Shown here piece after piece: positions 13,900-30,185 of a DNA stretch of 64,000 bases (its first letter is position 1; each line of letters opens with the position of its first letter). A program made the position numbers and the translations under genes. The DNA is taken from the NCBI RefSeq assembly GCF_000497125.1, contig NC_090597.1, forward strand, positions 62,001 to 126,000. Direction: 5' to 3'. The notes below the pieces were generated by a model. The model saw only the letters and a program-made list of their open reading frames with translations. It did no database searches and was not told the DNA's origin. Source of the DNA: Spironucleus salmonicida. Lineage: Eukaryota.

Positions 13900-14066
13900 G
13901 CGAGCCCTCCCGTGAGGAATAGCACCCCAGGACTAAGTACAGAAGTCGATGCTTCCGAGTACCTAGGGACAGTCCCTGATTTTCGTGATGAGCGCTGCTA
14001 GGCCGTACTAGTTATTGGGTTGGAGACGGAGGGACGTTCGAGGTCCCGTGCTGATTGCAGGCTCGC
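13900..14066. other. GC-rich, potentially structured 167-nt element (candidate ncRNA or mini inverted-repeat element)
   Basis: Closed by GCGAGCC (13900-06) / GGCTCGC (14060-66); internal hairpins AGGGAcagTCCCT and GGGACgttcgagGTCCC; GTGATGA (13985-91) and CTGA (14051-54). Mirror copy at 18428..18594. Confidence 0.3.
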
Positions 14067-14506
14067 GTACAGTTATCAATTGTTATAAAATTATTTTTTA
14101 TAAGTATGGTAGAGTATCTTTATTTTTGTCATGAAAAGGCGAGTAAGTTTTTAACGTTATGATACATTTTATTTAATATTATATTAATATTAAGTTGTTT
14201 TTATTATTGTGATTTTTTAGCAACAACATTTATATAATTTAGTGATAATTATATTATAAATGGGATATCTAGAAGATAGTTTTTGCAGAAATTTCCAATT
14301 ATTTATTTCCATGATATTTATACAATATATTATAAATTTTTAACTGACAATACTTAGGATTTTTCAAATCTTTCAAAGATTTATTTTTGAATTATTATTA
14401 TATGTTATTATTAATTATTTTAATTACCTGCAGTATTTATATAATTATAATCATATTTAAATACTTAAATTTGACTAGGTTGTTTTGATTGCCACTCCCT
14501 CACAAA

Positions 14507-18067
<3,561 letters not shown>

Positions 18068-18646
18068 TGCTTTTTTAAATTAATTTTAGCAATATAGCTA
18101 TGTATTTTGTGCGATTATAGGCTGATAGTTTTCCTTGATCATTTTTATAATCCTTATTTATAGAATTCACGTTATTATATATCATATTTTATATTAAATG
18201 ACAAATTTATTTGTATAGTTTAAGCAAGACAATCCTGAAACATTATTACTATTTAGAATAAATCCAAAATAATATATAAATTCTTAAATATTAAGTAATA
18301 TTTATCATATAATACTAATATAATGAACATCTTAATTTTCAATTACTGTAAAGTAATAAATTAAAACTCATCACAATGAACGTATGTTTTATTTTAAATA
18401 ATATATTAAACATTGTGAAAACTATACGCGAGCCTGCAATCAGCACGGGACCTCGAACGTCCCTCCGTCTCCAACCCAATAACTAGTACGGCCTAGCAGC
18501 GCTCATCACGAAAATCAGGGACTGTCCCTAGGTACTCGGAAGCATCGACTTCTGTACTTAGTCCTGGGGTGCTATTCCTCACGGGAGGGCTCGCCTCTAC
18601 ATCGCGACCACTCCACCTCTACTTTTTTGCACCCTACATACATAAA

Positions 18647-20059
18647 ATGGGGAGATTGGAAAAACTTCGATCGGAAAAACCGGCAGTACTACTCATTAAG
18701 ATAGGAATTCCCTCTTTATTGGGCTAGGTAGTGCTTTCCATCTACAATGCATTGGAGTCAGTGCTGGTCGGCAGGTTCTGCGGCGACCTTGCTCTGGTGG
18801 GCGTGTCTAACTTCCTCCCTACAGAATACTACCTATTTTCGCAAACAATTGCATCTGAGTCAGCAGGAGCGGCTGTTTTCATTTCGCGTGCCATCGGCGA
18901 GGATAGCAAAGAATAGGCTGGCCACTTCCTCGCATAACAGCTACTTCTCTGTCTGATGCATGCCATAATAGTCCCGATAATGCTAATATTTATACTAGAA
19001 CCATATCTACTTCTGTTGGGGGTGACTGCGCAAGTAATTCCACTCAGCTTATAGTATGGCCGCTTCATGACCATATTCGGTCCACTCTCCTATGCTGTAT
19101 CTTCTGGTTTCACGGGCGTGCTAAAAAGTCAGAACCTAGCTACCTTCGCAATGCTACGGTAGTGTGTATCGGCGGTAATCAACATCGGTCTCGACTATTA
19201 CTTCCTAGGTGTACTAAAGGTGGGGGTATAGGGGGCTGCGTGGGCGTCCTGTATTGCGTACTGTGCGATGGGTGCTGTCACTATTGTCTTCTTTATGACG
19301 CCTTTTGCGCCGTTACGGTTGCGGCTTAACCAGTTCAAGCCAAAGCTGGGAAGCCTTCTCCAAATTCAGTAGTTTGGGCTCTTAACCTTCATGGGATACT
19401 CGTAGACATCACTTCCCCAGTTCTTTGTGCCGTTTTTGCTGCGAAAGTTATCATAGAATGACTTAGAGACACAGCACTTCCAGCTGGTCCAGGGAATCTG
19501 CTCGAAGGTAATGACCCTACTCACGATGCCCCTTAGTGGGATGTAGTAGGGTATCTAACCCGTGGTAGCCATCAGTATTTCGCAGCGGGAACACCAGAAA
19601 ACGCTAAAAACTATACGCAGCTCGCTAACCATATGCGGCAGCGTTGGGGGACTCATCGCTGCTGTTCTTATGGTGTTCGCTCAACCTATAACGGGACTCT
19701 TCACTACAGATGAACGAGTACGCACTTAGTGTTCCGGAATTATACGACTTAACATGATCTGTACTTTGTGTGGCGTGGCACAAGGTATTGTGGTTGCGGT
19801 CTTACAACAGCAAAAGCGGTTCTGGGCGGCTGCTTCTCTTCAGCTATGTAAGGTAGTTATTAGTTGTATGTGGTCATGGTTGGGACCTCTGATTACCGGG
19901 CGTGTGTCCACTTTGTTCTATGCCACGGCCGCAGCTGAGGTTGTCTGCGGGATTGCAAGCATGGCAGTGTTATGGTAGGTCATTTGGCGATTGCGAAGGG
20001 ACCTCAATTCAGATGACCAGATTGTAGTCTATGCCGATGTTGTACTAGGGAAAGCCTGA
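18647..20059 (+). CDS. MATE-family efflux transporter (470 aa), copy 2
   Basis: MGRLEKLRSEKPAVLLIKIGIPSLLGQVVLSIYNALESVLVGRFCGDLALVGV...; INIGLDYYFLGVLKVGVQGAAWASCIA; PLSGMQQGIQPVVAIS. Bacterial-type NorM/MepA-like motifs; TGA at 20057-20059. Confidence 0.9.
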
Positions 20060-20163
20060 TGATCGAGCTAGGAAGGATGGTCTCGACATTATATACTTGG
20101 GGACCAGCCTGGGGAAAGAAACTGCTACATCTTCAAATTATAAAATAATAATTGTCAGAAAAA

Positions 20164-20577
20164 ATGGGCGGAGGCTACTGCGGCATGTACGACCCGTACG
20201 ACCCATACTTCTGTTCTAGCTACTCATCCTACTATTCACCATATGGATACTAGAGCTATTCAAATTACGGCTTCCTCCAACCTATGTACTCTCACGTCTA
20301 CCGGCAGCCGTTTTATTCATCCTTCGTTGAAAGCCCATTTGTGGTATAGCAGTACGGTTAGGCAACCACCTGCAGGGCCTGTGGGTACTCCCACCCCAGC
20401 AGGATGGCGTGTGCCGAGTTTGCTCATCATATCCAGGGTATGTACAACGAACCGGACAAGTACCAGGTCCAGGGGAGAGGTGACCAGAGCTACCAGTAGG
20501 CAGTTTCGCCGCCTCCGCGACCCAAACCCAGCACGCTATATACAACCCCAGACAGCATTCTCGGACCGGACCAGTGA
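20164..20577 (+). CDS. Small Tyr/Pro/Gln-rich hypothetical protein (137 aa), copy 2
   Basis: MGGGYCGMYDPYDPYFCSSYSSYYSPYGYQSYSNYG...TCRACGYSHPSRMAC...PPPRPKP...GPDQ-TGA in table 6. Confidence 0.6.
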
Positions 20578-20694
20578 GCCACCTTTATACTTTCAGCCAC
20601 AAACTAACACTTTCCATCTAATCTCTAGCATATATGATAGAGATAACAGCTCCGACGTAGCTAATAATATATAAACAAACTTCCCTTTCTCAAA

Positions 20695-21249
20695 ATGGAT
20701 AATTACAATGATATGCTAGCTGGCCGCACCTACGACTCAAACGAGTCCTACCTGGTGAAGCTCCGCATCAAAGCTCACGCAACTTGCACTGAGTACAACC
20801 GCGGAAATTCTGTGATTACGCATGAGGACGGTGCTATTATCCATGGCCTACTCGGATCCCACGGGGTAAACTGCTTTATGATCCAGCCATTTTTCTGCGA
20901 CTACGGGATTAATATCCACATTGGCGACAATTTCTTCGCTAACTATGGCTTCACAGTGCTTGACTCTGCCAAGGTTATCATCGGGAGGAATGTTATGATC
21001 GGTCCCAATGTGGATATCTACACCGTAGGCCACCCACTAGATCCGGTGGTCAGAGCTACTGGCATCGAATTTGCGAAATAGATTGAGATTGGGGATGATG
21101 TCTGGATCGGCGGCAGAGTCGTTATCTGCCCTGGTATCAAGATTGGCAGGGGAGCCATCATCGCAGCAGGAAGCGTTGTGGTTAAGGATGTACCGGAGAT
21201 GGTGGTAGTCGGAGGTAATCCCGCGGCTTTCCTGAAGAAAGTAGAGTGA
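20695..21249 (+). CDS. Sugar O-acetyltransferase (184 aa), copy 2
   Basis: ORF 20695..21081 continues through TAG to [15 protein letters not shown] (21247-21249). Confidence 0.93.
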
Positions 21250-22371
21250 GGTCGTGTATTCACTTATATAGATTTTCTGGACGATGGTGCAGTGATAGGC
21301 TCACGCTGAACCGTAGACTATCCTGTGGATACAATGACCACATATACAGGCAGGATAGGAATCATATACCAGTGAGGCACATTCTGTGGGCTGATGTTCC
21401 CGAAGTCTCACGGAACTAGAAAATGGAATGATTGTACATACATCAGGCCAGAGCGTAATGACAGCTAGAAATCATGGATGAAGATCACTAATATAGTCCC
21501 TAATCATACTGGCTTCGATGAAGCAATCAGACTGGACCGGGGCGTCAGGAACCGGTATACTAACTATATAAACGTATCCTGATTCAGATAATTCAAATAT
21601 ACATTAGCTACCCCGTCACTACTACTAATTGCAGGGTTCCCATTTTGATTCACTATGATCCTGTATATATGCGATATAATATTTAATTATCCGTTATCAA
21701 AAAGATTGATAGTACCATAGCCACAGTGATTACGGGCCTGTCGCACGCGGTAGGATTACGACATAGTACTGTTACTTACGCAGTCAGCGCAATATATATT
21801 ATAACATAAGAGTCTAAATCGTATTGGTCTCATTAGTTAGCGCGAAGACGGCATATAACGCTCCAAGGTTCACAACAGCCTAGAATCACGCATGTTTGTC
21901 AAAGTTTAATATTAAGCACCATGAATCGCCTCAATTTTTGTTGTTATAATACTGAGGCCATCAGTTCGAGCCGTGAAATCAACCATAAAAACCTCAAATT
22001 AAATATTAACAATCTATGATCTAAATTAAGTATTTATTAGACTAGAAGTATTGCAGCTTATTTTGTGTTTTCTAAGATCATACCATGCTTACTGTTTTCT
22101 ATTCAATTTGTTCGTACGCACAACTAGGTGCAGATTACGTTATTAGCTATTCCGCCACTAGCTTCGTAAAAAAGTACATAATATATCAGGGTTCTTTTAA
22201 GTATAATTTTTACGTCTAAATTAGTAATTCTTGTTACTATACTTTCTAGAGCTAAGTATCAATCTTTGAATCTAGACCTGTCAATTCATGTTTTCTTAAA
22301 GTGAAACTACTCAACTATATATCGCTAAATACATAATATTTAATTGTAGTAAATAAAAAATAATAAAACCT

Positions 22372-23664
22372 TCACTATTGAACAAGAGTGCTAGAACCTT
22401 CATCATTATGGGACAAACTAAATTCTAATGACTTATTCTGCGAATTATCCATTAGTCTCGGTGTTATTTTGTCTTATGTACCAATTTTTTCGAACCCATT
22501 TTGCTTAGGCGAGTACTTCTTAAATATCACGAACAGGATGATGAGAGTGACGCCGATCACGACGATAATGATAGCAACCGAAATCTCTATCATCAGCTTC
22601 ACGTCCACCGCGCCGTCGGATGAGTCCGTGATCACGCAGTAGCCCTGGGTCAGCTACGAGCCGTGCTAGCACTTCAGGCATACGCCGTCGCTGCAGAGCG
22701 CGCAGTTCTGCACCAGCGCACCGCAGTTGCAGTACCCGCCGCTACCGATGCTCTCGCAGCCCTGACAGCCCTTCTCGGCGCAGAAGCTGCCGAAGAGGCA
22801 GTCAGCCGAGGACGTGCACACGTTCCGCGTACAGCCGTGCTTGCTCAGTGCGAACCCAGCCAGACAGGTCGCACAGCCGTCGGAATCGCAGGTCGCGCAG
22901 TGGTCTCTCTGGTTCGGGCACCTGCATGCGAACGGACCAGGGCACGCTGCGGGGACGTTGACGTCTTTGCAGTACTGGTTCAGCTCAAGCGTCTCACAGC
23001 GAGGCGTGAGGCACTTCAGGTCCTCCCCGAGGTGGTAGTCGCCGCTGCACCTCAGGCAGAAGAACGGCGAAACGCAGGACGTGCAGTTCAGCAGCTCGCC
23101 GCAGGAGACCGGGTGCGCCAGATCCCCTTTAACGCACTTGGAGCCCTAGCAGAACTGGTTCAGACCGCAGTCCTGTGTTACCAGGCAGGTTCCGTTACGG
23201 ATGCACTTCTACCCATTTTTGGCTGGAAAATACCCCTACAGGCAATTAGAACAGTTGCCAGTTATTTAGTTACAGGATAGGCAATTCTAAATTCGCGAGT
23301 GATAGCAGTTACAGAATTTTCCTTCGGGAATTTTCGTGCAATCTATGCAGCTTACTAGAGCCTTTTCGTCGCAGAAAAAACCATAAGAGCAGTCGTTACA
23401 TGTCATCTTGTTGCAGTTTATATGGCCTTGTAGTTTATACCCAGTCTTGCACTGCAGACACCACATTCCTTCACAATTAAGGCAGTTGGGATTCGAGCAC
23501 GCAGTACAAGTTGACGAACTGCCTTGACAGCTGGTGCCTTCTGGACAGGCACTACATGGCGAAAGGCAGTAATTGTCCACCAACTTAAAGTCCGTAGTGC
23601 ACGCCTGACATACGTAAGGGTTATTTGGGCACTCGATGCATCCTACTACATGGCATCCTGTCAT
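22372..23664 (-). CDS. Cysteine-rich membrane protein (430 aa), family X copy 2
   Basis: Mirror of 8830..10122, with an unrelated upstream sequence beyond the ATG. Confidence 0.9.
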
Positions 23665-25266
23665 TTTAATTGCAGTACTTCTAATGTAATAATATTAATA
23701 TAATTAAGTAATTTGGTTTTTAATAGTATCTAATATATAATAGTATAATAGGGGATTTGAGTAAATAGCTAGGATTGTTGAATAATCGTATTATTATTAC
23801 AATTTAGTTGTATATGAAATAGCAAATTTTATGATTTGTTTAGTAGCACTTTAAGGCTATTGGTTTGCAGATTGAGCCCTTGAACTTTAGTTTGCAGAGA
23901 TACATCTCGAAAGTGCAAATTTAAGTTAAATTGCCCCTGTAATGAAAGATCGCGTTTGATCACTGTCATGGGGAATGTATGTTTTGCTTGGAGCTTATAT
24001 ATAAAATAATGTAATTCTATATTAATGGAAAGTATCCGATTTATTGTGCATATTTCATTTGCGACAATTAATCTGGTAGATTTGATATGTTGCTAACAGG
24101 GTCATATCACGAGCATCAGAAACTACGCTGTAAACATGACATTACCAGTGAAACTTAGCAGGTAGTAATTTTTTCATTAGATATCTAATATTAGTTTACA
24201 AGAAATTACCTAGAGTATAGATAATACACTTTAGTTTCCAATTTATACCTCCTCCTCCAGAATGACGACTCATACAGAATTCAAAAGTACACTTCTCATA
24301 ATTATTACAAAATCACGTTTATATTTGAAGTAAGCCTAGTGTATGACAACATATTGTATAAAATAGAATATTGTTCACATTGTGTTCTTAATTTTTCAAT
24401 CTGCAAAAATACTTCAGATAAAAAATGACAGCAATTCAGAGAATATTATGTTTTCTTAGTATATTTTACAATAGTTTATCTTTTTTCCAGTGTTGACAAT
24501 ATATGGTAAATAGGAGTAAATATATAATCTTACACAACACATTTTTTAAATTTTAACCTTGTTGTGCTCTTTGACACTTTTTTATTTCAAATTATCTTCA
24601 CAAAAGTCATAGGTAAGCTGAAATTTATTACTTATTTTTTCCATTATCAGTACTTATTAGTCTTCAAAAATGAGTATCATATATTTATTACATGAATTCG
24701 CACATTTTATCTAGGATCGTCAAGTAGCATTTAAAGCTGCAAGTTTTATTTACTATATATTTGGTAACATTTGTAAATCTAATAATATAAACTTTATATT
24801 AGCTAAATATAAAATTAGTAATCATAATTAACTTTAATAGTTACTCTAATAAAAAACTAATATAACTTATTATAGAAATAAAATTATTGAAAATATATCT
24901 TATATAGTATTAAATGTTTTATTTTTATTAATTTGATATTTTTAATTATACTAAATAAATTTCTTGAAAAAAATTGGATAATAATGCAGGTCATTAATAA
25001 TTATTATTTAAATAGTTTTAATAACTTTTTGTATTATATTTTAATTATAGAAATATTCAATCCTATTCTCTAGAATTCATTTTTTTAAACTTTACTTCTG
25101 ATTAGTTAACCACACGTTCCATTAAATATTTATATCATTACAAAAATTTAAATCGTTTGATAGTTAAAAAATCGTAAAACTCTCTAAATAATTAAAATAA
25201 TAATTTTAATCAAAAATACTGAAATATATTATATTATTAATATTAAATATTATTTAGAGTTAATTT

Positions 25267-26735
25267 ATGTTAAAATAATACTCATGATTATTGAATATGC
25301 ATTCCTAGAATAATACCATTCAGATGATACATCGCTTGAAATGTAATCCAGTTAAAAATTCCTTATAATAGATATATAATTGACGTTAAAGTAAAAGGTA
25401 AATAATTACCTTTAGATATTAATTTTATAATAAAATTTGAAAAGTAAAACTTAAATACATAGAGATTTGCTATAAATTACTATAAACTACAGTAGAATAA
25501 ATAAAGATAAGAATCTCAGATATAACTCATCATTTTGGTATAAAACCAGTATAAATACAAATTAATGACTACAATTAAGTTTATATTCATTAAATATCTA
25601 TTACTGTGATAATCAGAAGTTGCTAATACACTAATTTTTAAACTTAATTAAAGAATACGTCTCAAAAATATATACCGGCAAAATTTATTTTCCTAAGATA
25701 TTTAGTAGTAAAATTATCACTAATGCATATTTAGCGATCGTAAACTTACTTAATTCGTATAAAATAAACTATAATCTAAAATCTAAGAAAATAGTTTATT
25801 CATGTTTTCTTATAACAATTTGTCCCAGATTCTATATGAAACTGGAATAGTTTCTATTAAGCTTATTTGTACCTTTGTGCATGGTCTTATATTATATAAT
25901 GGAATAGTGTTAACAGAGAAAGTTTATATAAAAACTAACTCTAACTTGGTAATATTCTCAACTTTTACGCTTTTGGAAATAATATTTTTTAAATAGGAAA
26001 TTTCAAATTCTATAAATATAAAACTATTCATCTCTATGAATTAGTAAGCATGTAGACTAATATTAATGTTTATTACCGATATTCTGATGCAGAATATGCA
26101 AAGAATTATTATTATTTTGTTTAATATTAGCAAAGAAGTAATTACGATATCTTAAATAGCTCTGATTTAATGCCTTCAATTCTTATAATAGTAAGGACTG
26201 CACATTGATTTAAATTTATCGTTTTTAAAGATACAGTTTCTATTAACCGTTTCAGTTTAGATTCATTCAATATTGATAAAACGTGTTTTCCAGAATCAAT
26301 TATAATGTTAAACGCTAAAGATTTAATAATTTTTGTGGATTATATTTGTGAAAAATATGCTAGTATAAAGCTCTTTTGGAATTAATTTATATGGAACAAA
26401 GTTGTATCAATTTATTTAAAATTAGATGCTGTTATTTGTAACTGGTTTTAAGCTAGAATAATATATAATTACTAAAATAAAAGTAATTGATTCTAAATTA
26501 TTATTGGGCATCAAAGTGACAGATAATTTTATGATAAAAGTAACAAAACCTAATGATGAGCTAGTTGATTCATTATACCCATAGTTTTTCTTTGTAAAAA
26601 AATAGAAATTATTATTTGCAACGTAATTTTAATTGTTATAAAATATGTATTTCCTAAATTTGCATTGGTTTAAACATATTTTAGCATTAAAAACATTTAA
26701 CAGTAAAGAATAAAACTGAAATAGAAATATATAAT
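25267..26735 (+). pseudogene. AT-eroded paralog of the 400..1929 membrane protein
   Basis: Collinear peptide remnants in shifting frames: FSYNNLSQILYETGIVSIKLICTF vs FSNKDLSPILYNTGILSIMLVCTY; INRFSLDSFNIDKTCFPESIIML vs LNRFSFTFANIRKTCFSDTHMVL; ELVDSLYPQF vs DFVDSLYPDF. Ends approximate. Confidence 0.75.
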
Positions 26736-27749
26736 TTTGATTATATATCTTAGCTTAAAATATAATTGAAAGATTACTTTGCGCGTGCTCCATTATTCAG
26801 TTATTAATTAGATGGATATCTAAATGTTTTAACAAGATGTAATATTTAATTATATATATATAATAATATTAAAAACAAATTCTTAAAATTCCAATAACTT
26901 TTTAAGAGAAAAAATCTTTTCATCTTATACTATTTCTAAATTCTATATGATAAGCAATATATATGCTAAATAGCATTATGCGTTATTTGATTACCTAAGT
27001 AATAAAATAATTTATATTATATCCATTATTATTTGTTATATTAAAATATATTATAAGCTCTTAAAATTATAAAGTAGGTAAATTATATATGATATTGCGT
27101 TAGAAGCATGTATTGAATAACAGCCTTAGATTTTGCTATTTGTGTAAAATAAGTAGTTGAAACTATTTTTTAAAGTCTTATGATAAATGTTTAATGCTGG
27201 TTAATATTTTAGTAACTCATGACAGTTTCTAATCATTAATAAATAATATATCTTTTAGAATAGAGATAATCTATAAGTTAAATCTTTATTAAGTTTTATT
27301 ATTCTTATTATGGCAATTATTTTTACTACATAAAATTTAACAAATTTTTAATCTATTTTAACGAATTCTAAATAAATATTATTACTAAACCTATAAATAT
27401 ATTTTAATTATTTTTCGCTTAATAACAATAAGTATACAATTAAGTATTTTATTACTAATTTTAACAATAATATACAAGCAAATTATCTAATTTTTGGCAA
27501 ATAGGTTTCTTAAACAAATCATTATTTCATATTTACAATTATATTATACATTATAGTTAGCTCTGTATATTTTCTTTCTCAATTTAAACTGGTTATAAAT
27601 ATATAACATTTTCTGAATTTTTAACCTGTACCCATGATTTATTTAGTATTGCTAGTATTTCACTTAACAGAATTTTTACAACTACATTAATACGCAAATT
27701 TAACCCATTTTCACTCAATATTCTATGTCTCTTTCCTTTTATTATTTTT

Positions 27750-30185
27750 ATGGGAAACGTAGCCGGAACGTGCAGCTCAATCAAGGAAAACTGCGGATCG
27801 CCCTACTACTGCCCCCTGATTCATGATCCCGAAACTGCCTGCCTCCTGTGCGACCCAGACTAGCCAATTGGCACATCCTGCCGATGTGGCGCAAAATATA
27901 ACATAAAGCTAAATTGTGCGGGCTGCGATGGGGAGAGCTGCAGCAGCTGCACGCACGGTTACTTCTTCACAGATGGAACGTGCAATATTTGCATCTCAAA
28001 CTGCCTAATTTGCAGCGGTCCGTTAAATTGCAGCCAGTGCCTAAACGGCTATTTTGAGACACCGGAACGCTGCCTGCCGTGCGCTGCGAGCATGGAAATC
28101 GGCGGAAAATGTCAGTGCGGAAATGCAAAACTAGAGAACTGCGCTGAATGCAATGGGAATTCGTGCGCTAAGTGCAGGAGCGAATTCAAGCTGATTTCGG
28201 GAGGCTGCATTAAGGACCAGTGCTAGAGCGATGCAGACTGTGCAAAATCGGAGTTCTGTGCGGTTAGTCCCAGTGAGGTGAATTTGTGCAAGGCCTGCGG
28301 GAGCATGTGTCAATCCTGCACAGAAAATGAAAATAAGTGCTTAAGCTGCAAGAATGGTATGTTTTTGGACTAGAATGTGTGTAAAACGTGTGGCACTAGC
28401 ATAGCTGCTGGGGTTTAGTGTTAGTGCGGCGATATTCTGGTTGATAATTGCGGCAAATGTGGTGATAATGTCTGCGAAATCTGCGTCAGCGGGTTCAGAT
28501 TAGAGGCTGATAAATGCACTTTGTGCTCAGAAGAATAGTAATTAGGACGTTACTGCACGTGCTAAGGCTTTAGCATAACAAATTGCATCTCCTGTGATGA
28601 TATTGGGTGCAGCGCGTGCAAGACCCCTTTGACACTTAAGGGGTAGGTATGTCTAGCAGATGAGTGCTTAATAGATTCTGAATGTAAAAGAGGGCAGTTT
28701 TGTTAAACAAGTAGTATTGTGACTAATGCATGCGTGACTTGTGCGGATAGCTGTGATTAATGTGCAGGTTCAGCTGAGAACTGCATATCCTGTGGTCCCA
28801 ACAAGTTTTTAGTTAACGCAGTTTGCATAAATTGCAGCTTTAATTAGGAGCCGGGTGCTGCTTGCAACTGCGGTTTAATGAAGATTGAAAATTGTGGCTT
28901 ATGCGGTGATAATGTGTGTAATTCGTGCATAAATGGATACCGTCCAGATAGTAACGCATGTGTTGCCTGCTCTATAACTCAACCAATAGGCAGTTCCTGC
29001 GACTGCCAGGGATAAGGAGTGTAAAACTGTGTTTCGTGTGATTCTACAGGCTGTCGTGCGTGTTTAGGTGAGTTCAAGCTGATATAAAGAGAGTGCGTCG
29101 CCGATGAATGCCAGACTAATGAGGAATGCGTAAAAGGCTAGTTCTGCTAGATCAGCGCAAACTTAGCAAACCTGTGCGAGAAGTGCTCAGAAACCTGTGA
29201 GACCTGCTAAACTTCAGCAAATAACTGCCTTAGCTGCAAAACTGACAGCTACTTACAAGAGAACCAATGCTAAACCTGCGCGTTCAGCTAACCGCTAGGA
29301 AAGATCTGCACATGCGGCTCTGCAAATGTGGAAAACTGCGGCTAGTGCATGGAAAACATCTGCAAGGCCTGTATAGAGAACTACAGTCTGCAAGGCACCG
29401 CCTGCGTACTATGTTAGAATTCCTTACCAATTGGCTCAAGTTGCACGTGTCAGGGGCTGCAGATTCCCAATTGCGCAAAATGTAACGACTCCGGCTGCGC
29501 TGAGTGCGTACTAGAGTCATAATTGGTCAACGGTGTATGCGTGCAGAACTTGTGCAGCGAGAGCGTAAAGTGCCCAACGGGACAGATTTGCGAGATATTA
29601 CCAGGAAAACCGAATGTCTGCAAGGTGTGCACACCAAATTGTCAATAGTGCAGTATGGTCGGATCCTGCGATTTGTGCCAGAGCGATTTCTTTAAAAACG
29701 GGGTAGCCTGCACGAGATGCGTAGAAATCAGTAGCGAAGAGTGCAACTGCGCCGGAACAATGATAAAATAATGCGCTATATGCGATAAAGACTAATGCAG
29801 TTTATGTGCGATCGGCGCAATCTTCAGGGATGGAGCGTGCGTAAGCTGCTCAGAAATGCAGTTGGGAGGCGTCTGCAACTGCGGAAAACTCGTAGCAAAC
29901 TGCGTTTCGTGCGATAGCAACGGCGGCTGTGGTACATGTCTGGATGGATTGAAAAACGTAGATGGGCAGTGCGTGGACTGTACTAAAAATCCAGAGCTTT
30001 GCAAGACAAATTTAGGTACAAATCAGATAATATATATCGTACTTGGCGTTATAGCGGGAGTTTGTTTGATCATAGGAATTGTTATTGTAGTTAAGATAGT
30101 GAAAAAGCGCAAATCTATTAAAAGTGATGAGTATAATAGCGCTGAGCTACTGACGAGGAATAATTCCAGCAGCTAGATATACTGA
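27750..30185 (+). CDS. Cysteine-rich membrane protein (811 aa), family Y
   Basis: MGNVAGTCSSIKENCGSPYYCP...; repeated CxC/CxxC modules; TM IIYIVLGVIAGVCLIIGIVIVV-KIVKKRK; in frame with ORF 29856..30176, TGA at 30183-30185. Confidence 0.88.

Larger units (their letters stand above)
8830..14069. repeat. Inverted duplication B, left arm (5.24 kb; partner 18425..23664)
   Basis: All mirror ORF pairs sum to 32494 and translate identically; outer edge at the CRMP ATG, inner edge at ...GGCTCGCGTA (14069). Confidence 0.95.
18425..23664. repeat. Inverted duplication B, right arm (5.24 kb)
   Basis: Reverse complement of 8830..14069. Confidence 0.95.

Noticed and set aside
14030-14047. GTTCGA T-loop-like motif suggesting a tRNA
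   Set aside because: Stem-loop register is not that of a T arm and no cloverleaf can be drawn.
23850-24450. Slightly GC-enriched stretch with protein-like minus-strand translation
   Set aside because: Interrupted by TGA and no family recognised.
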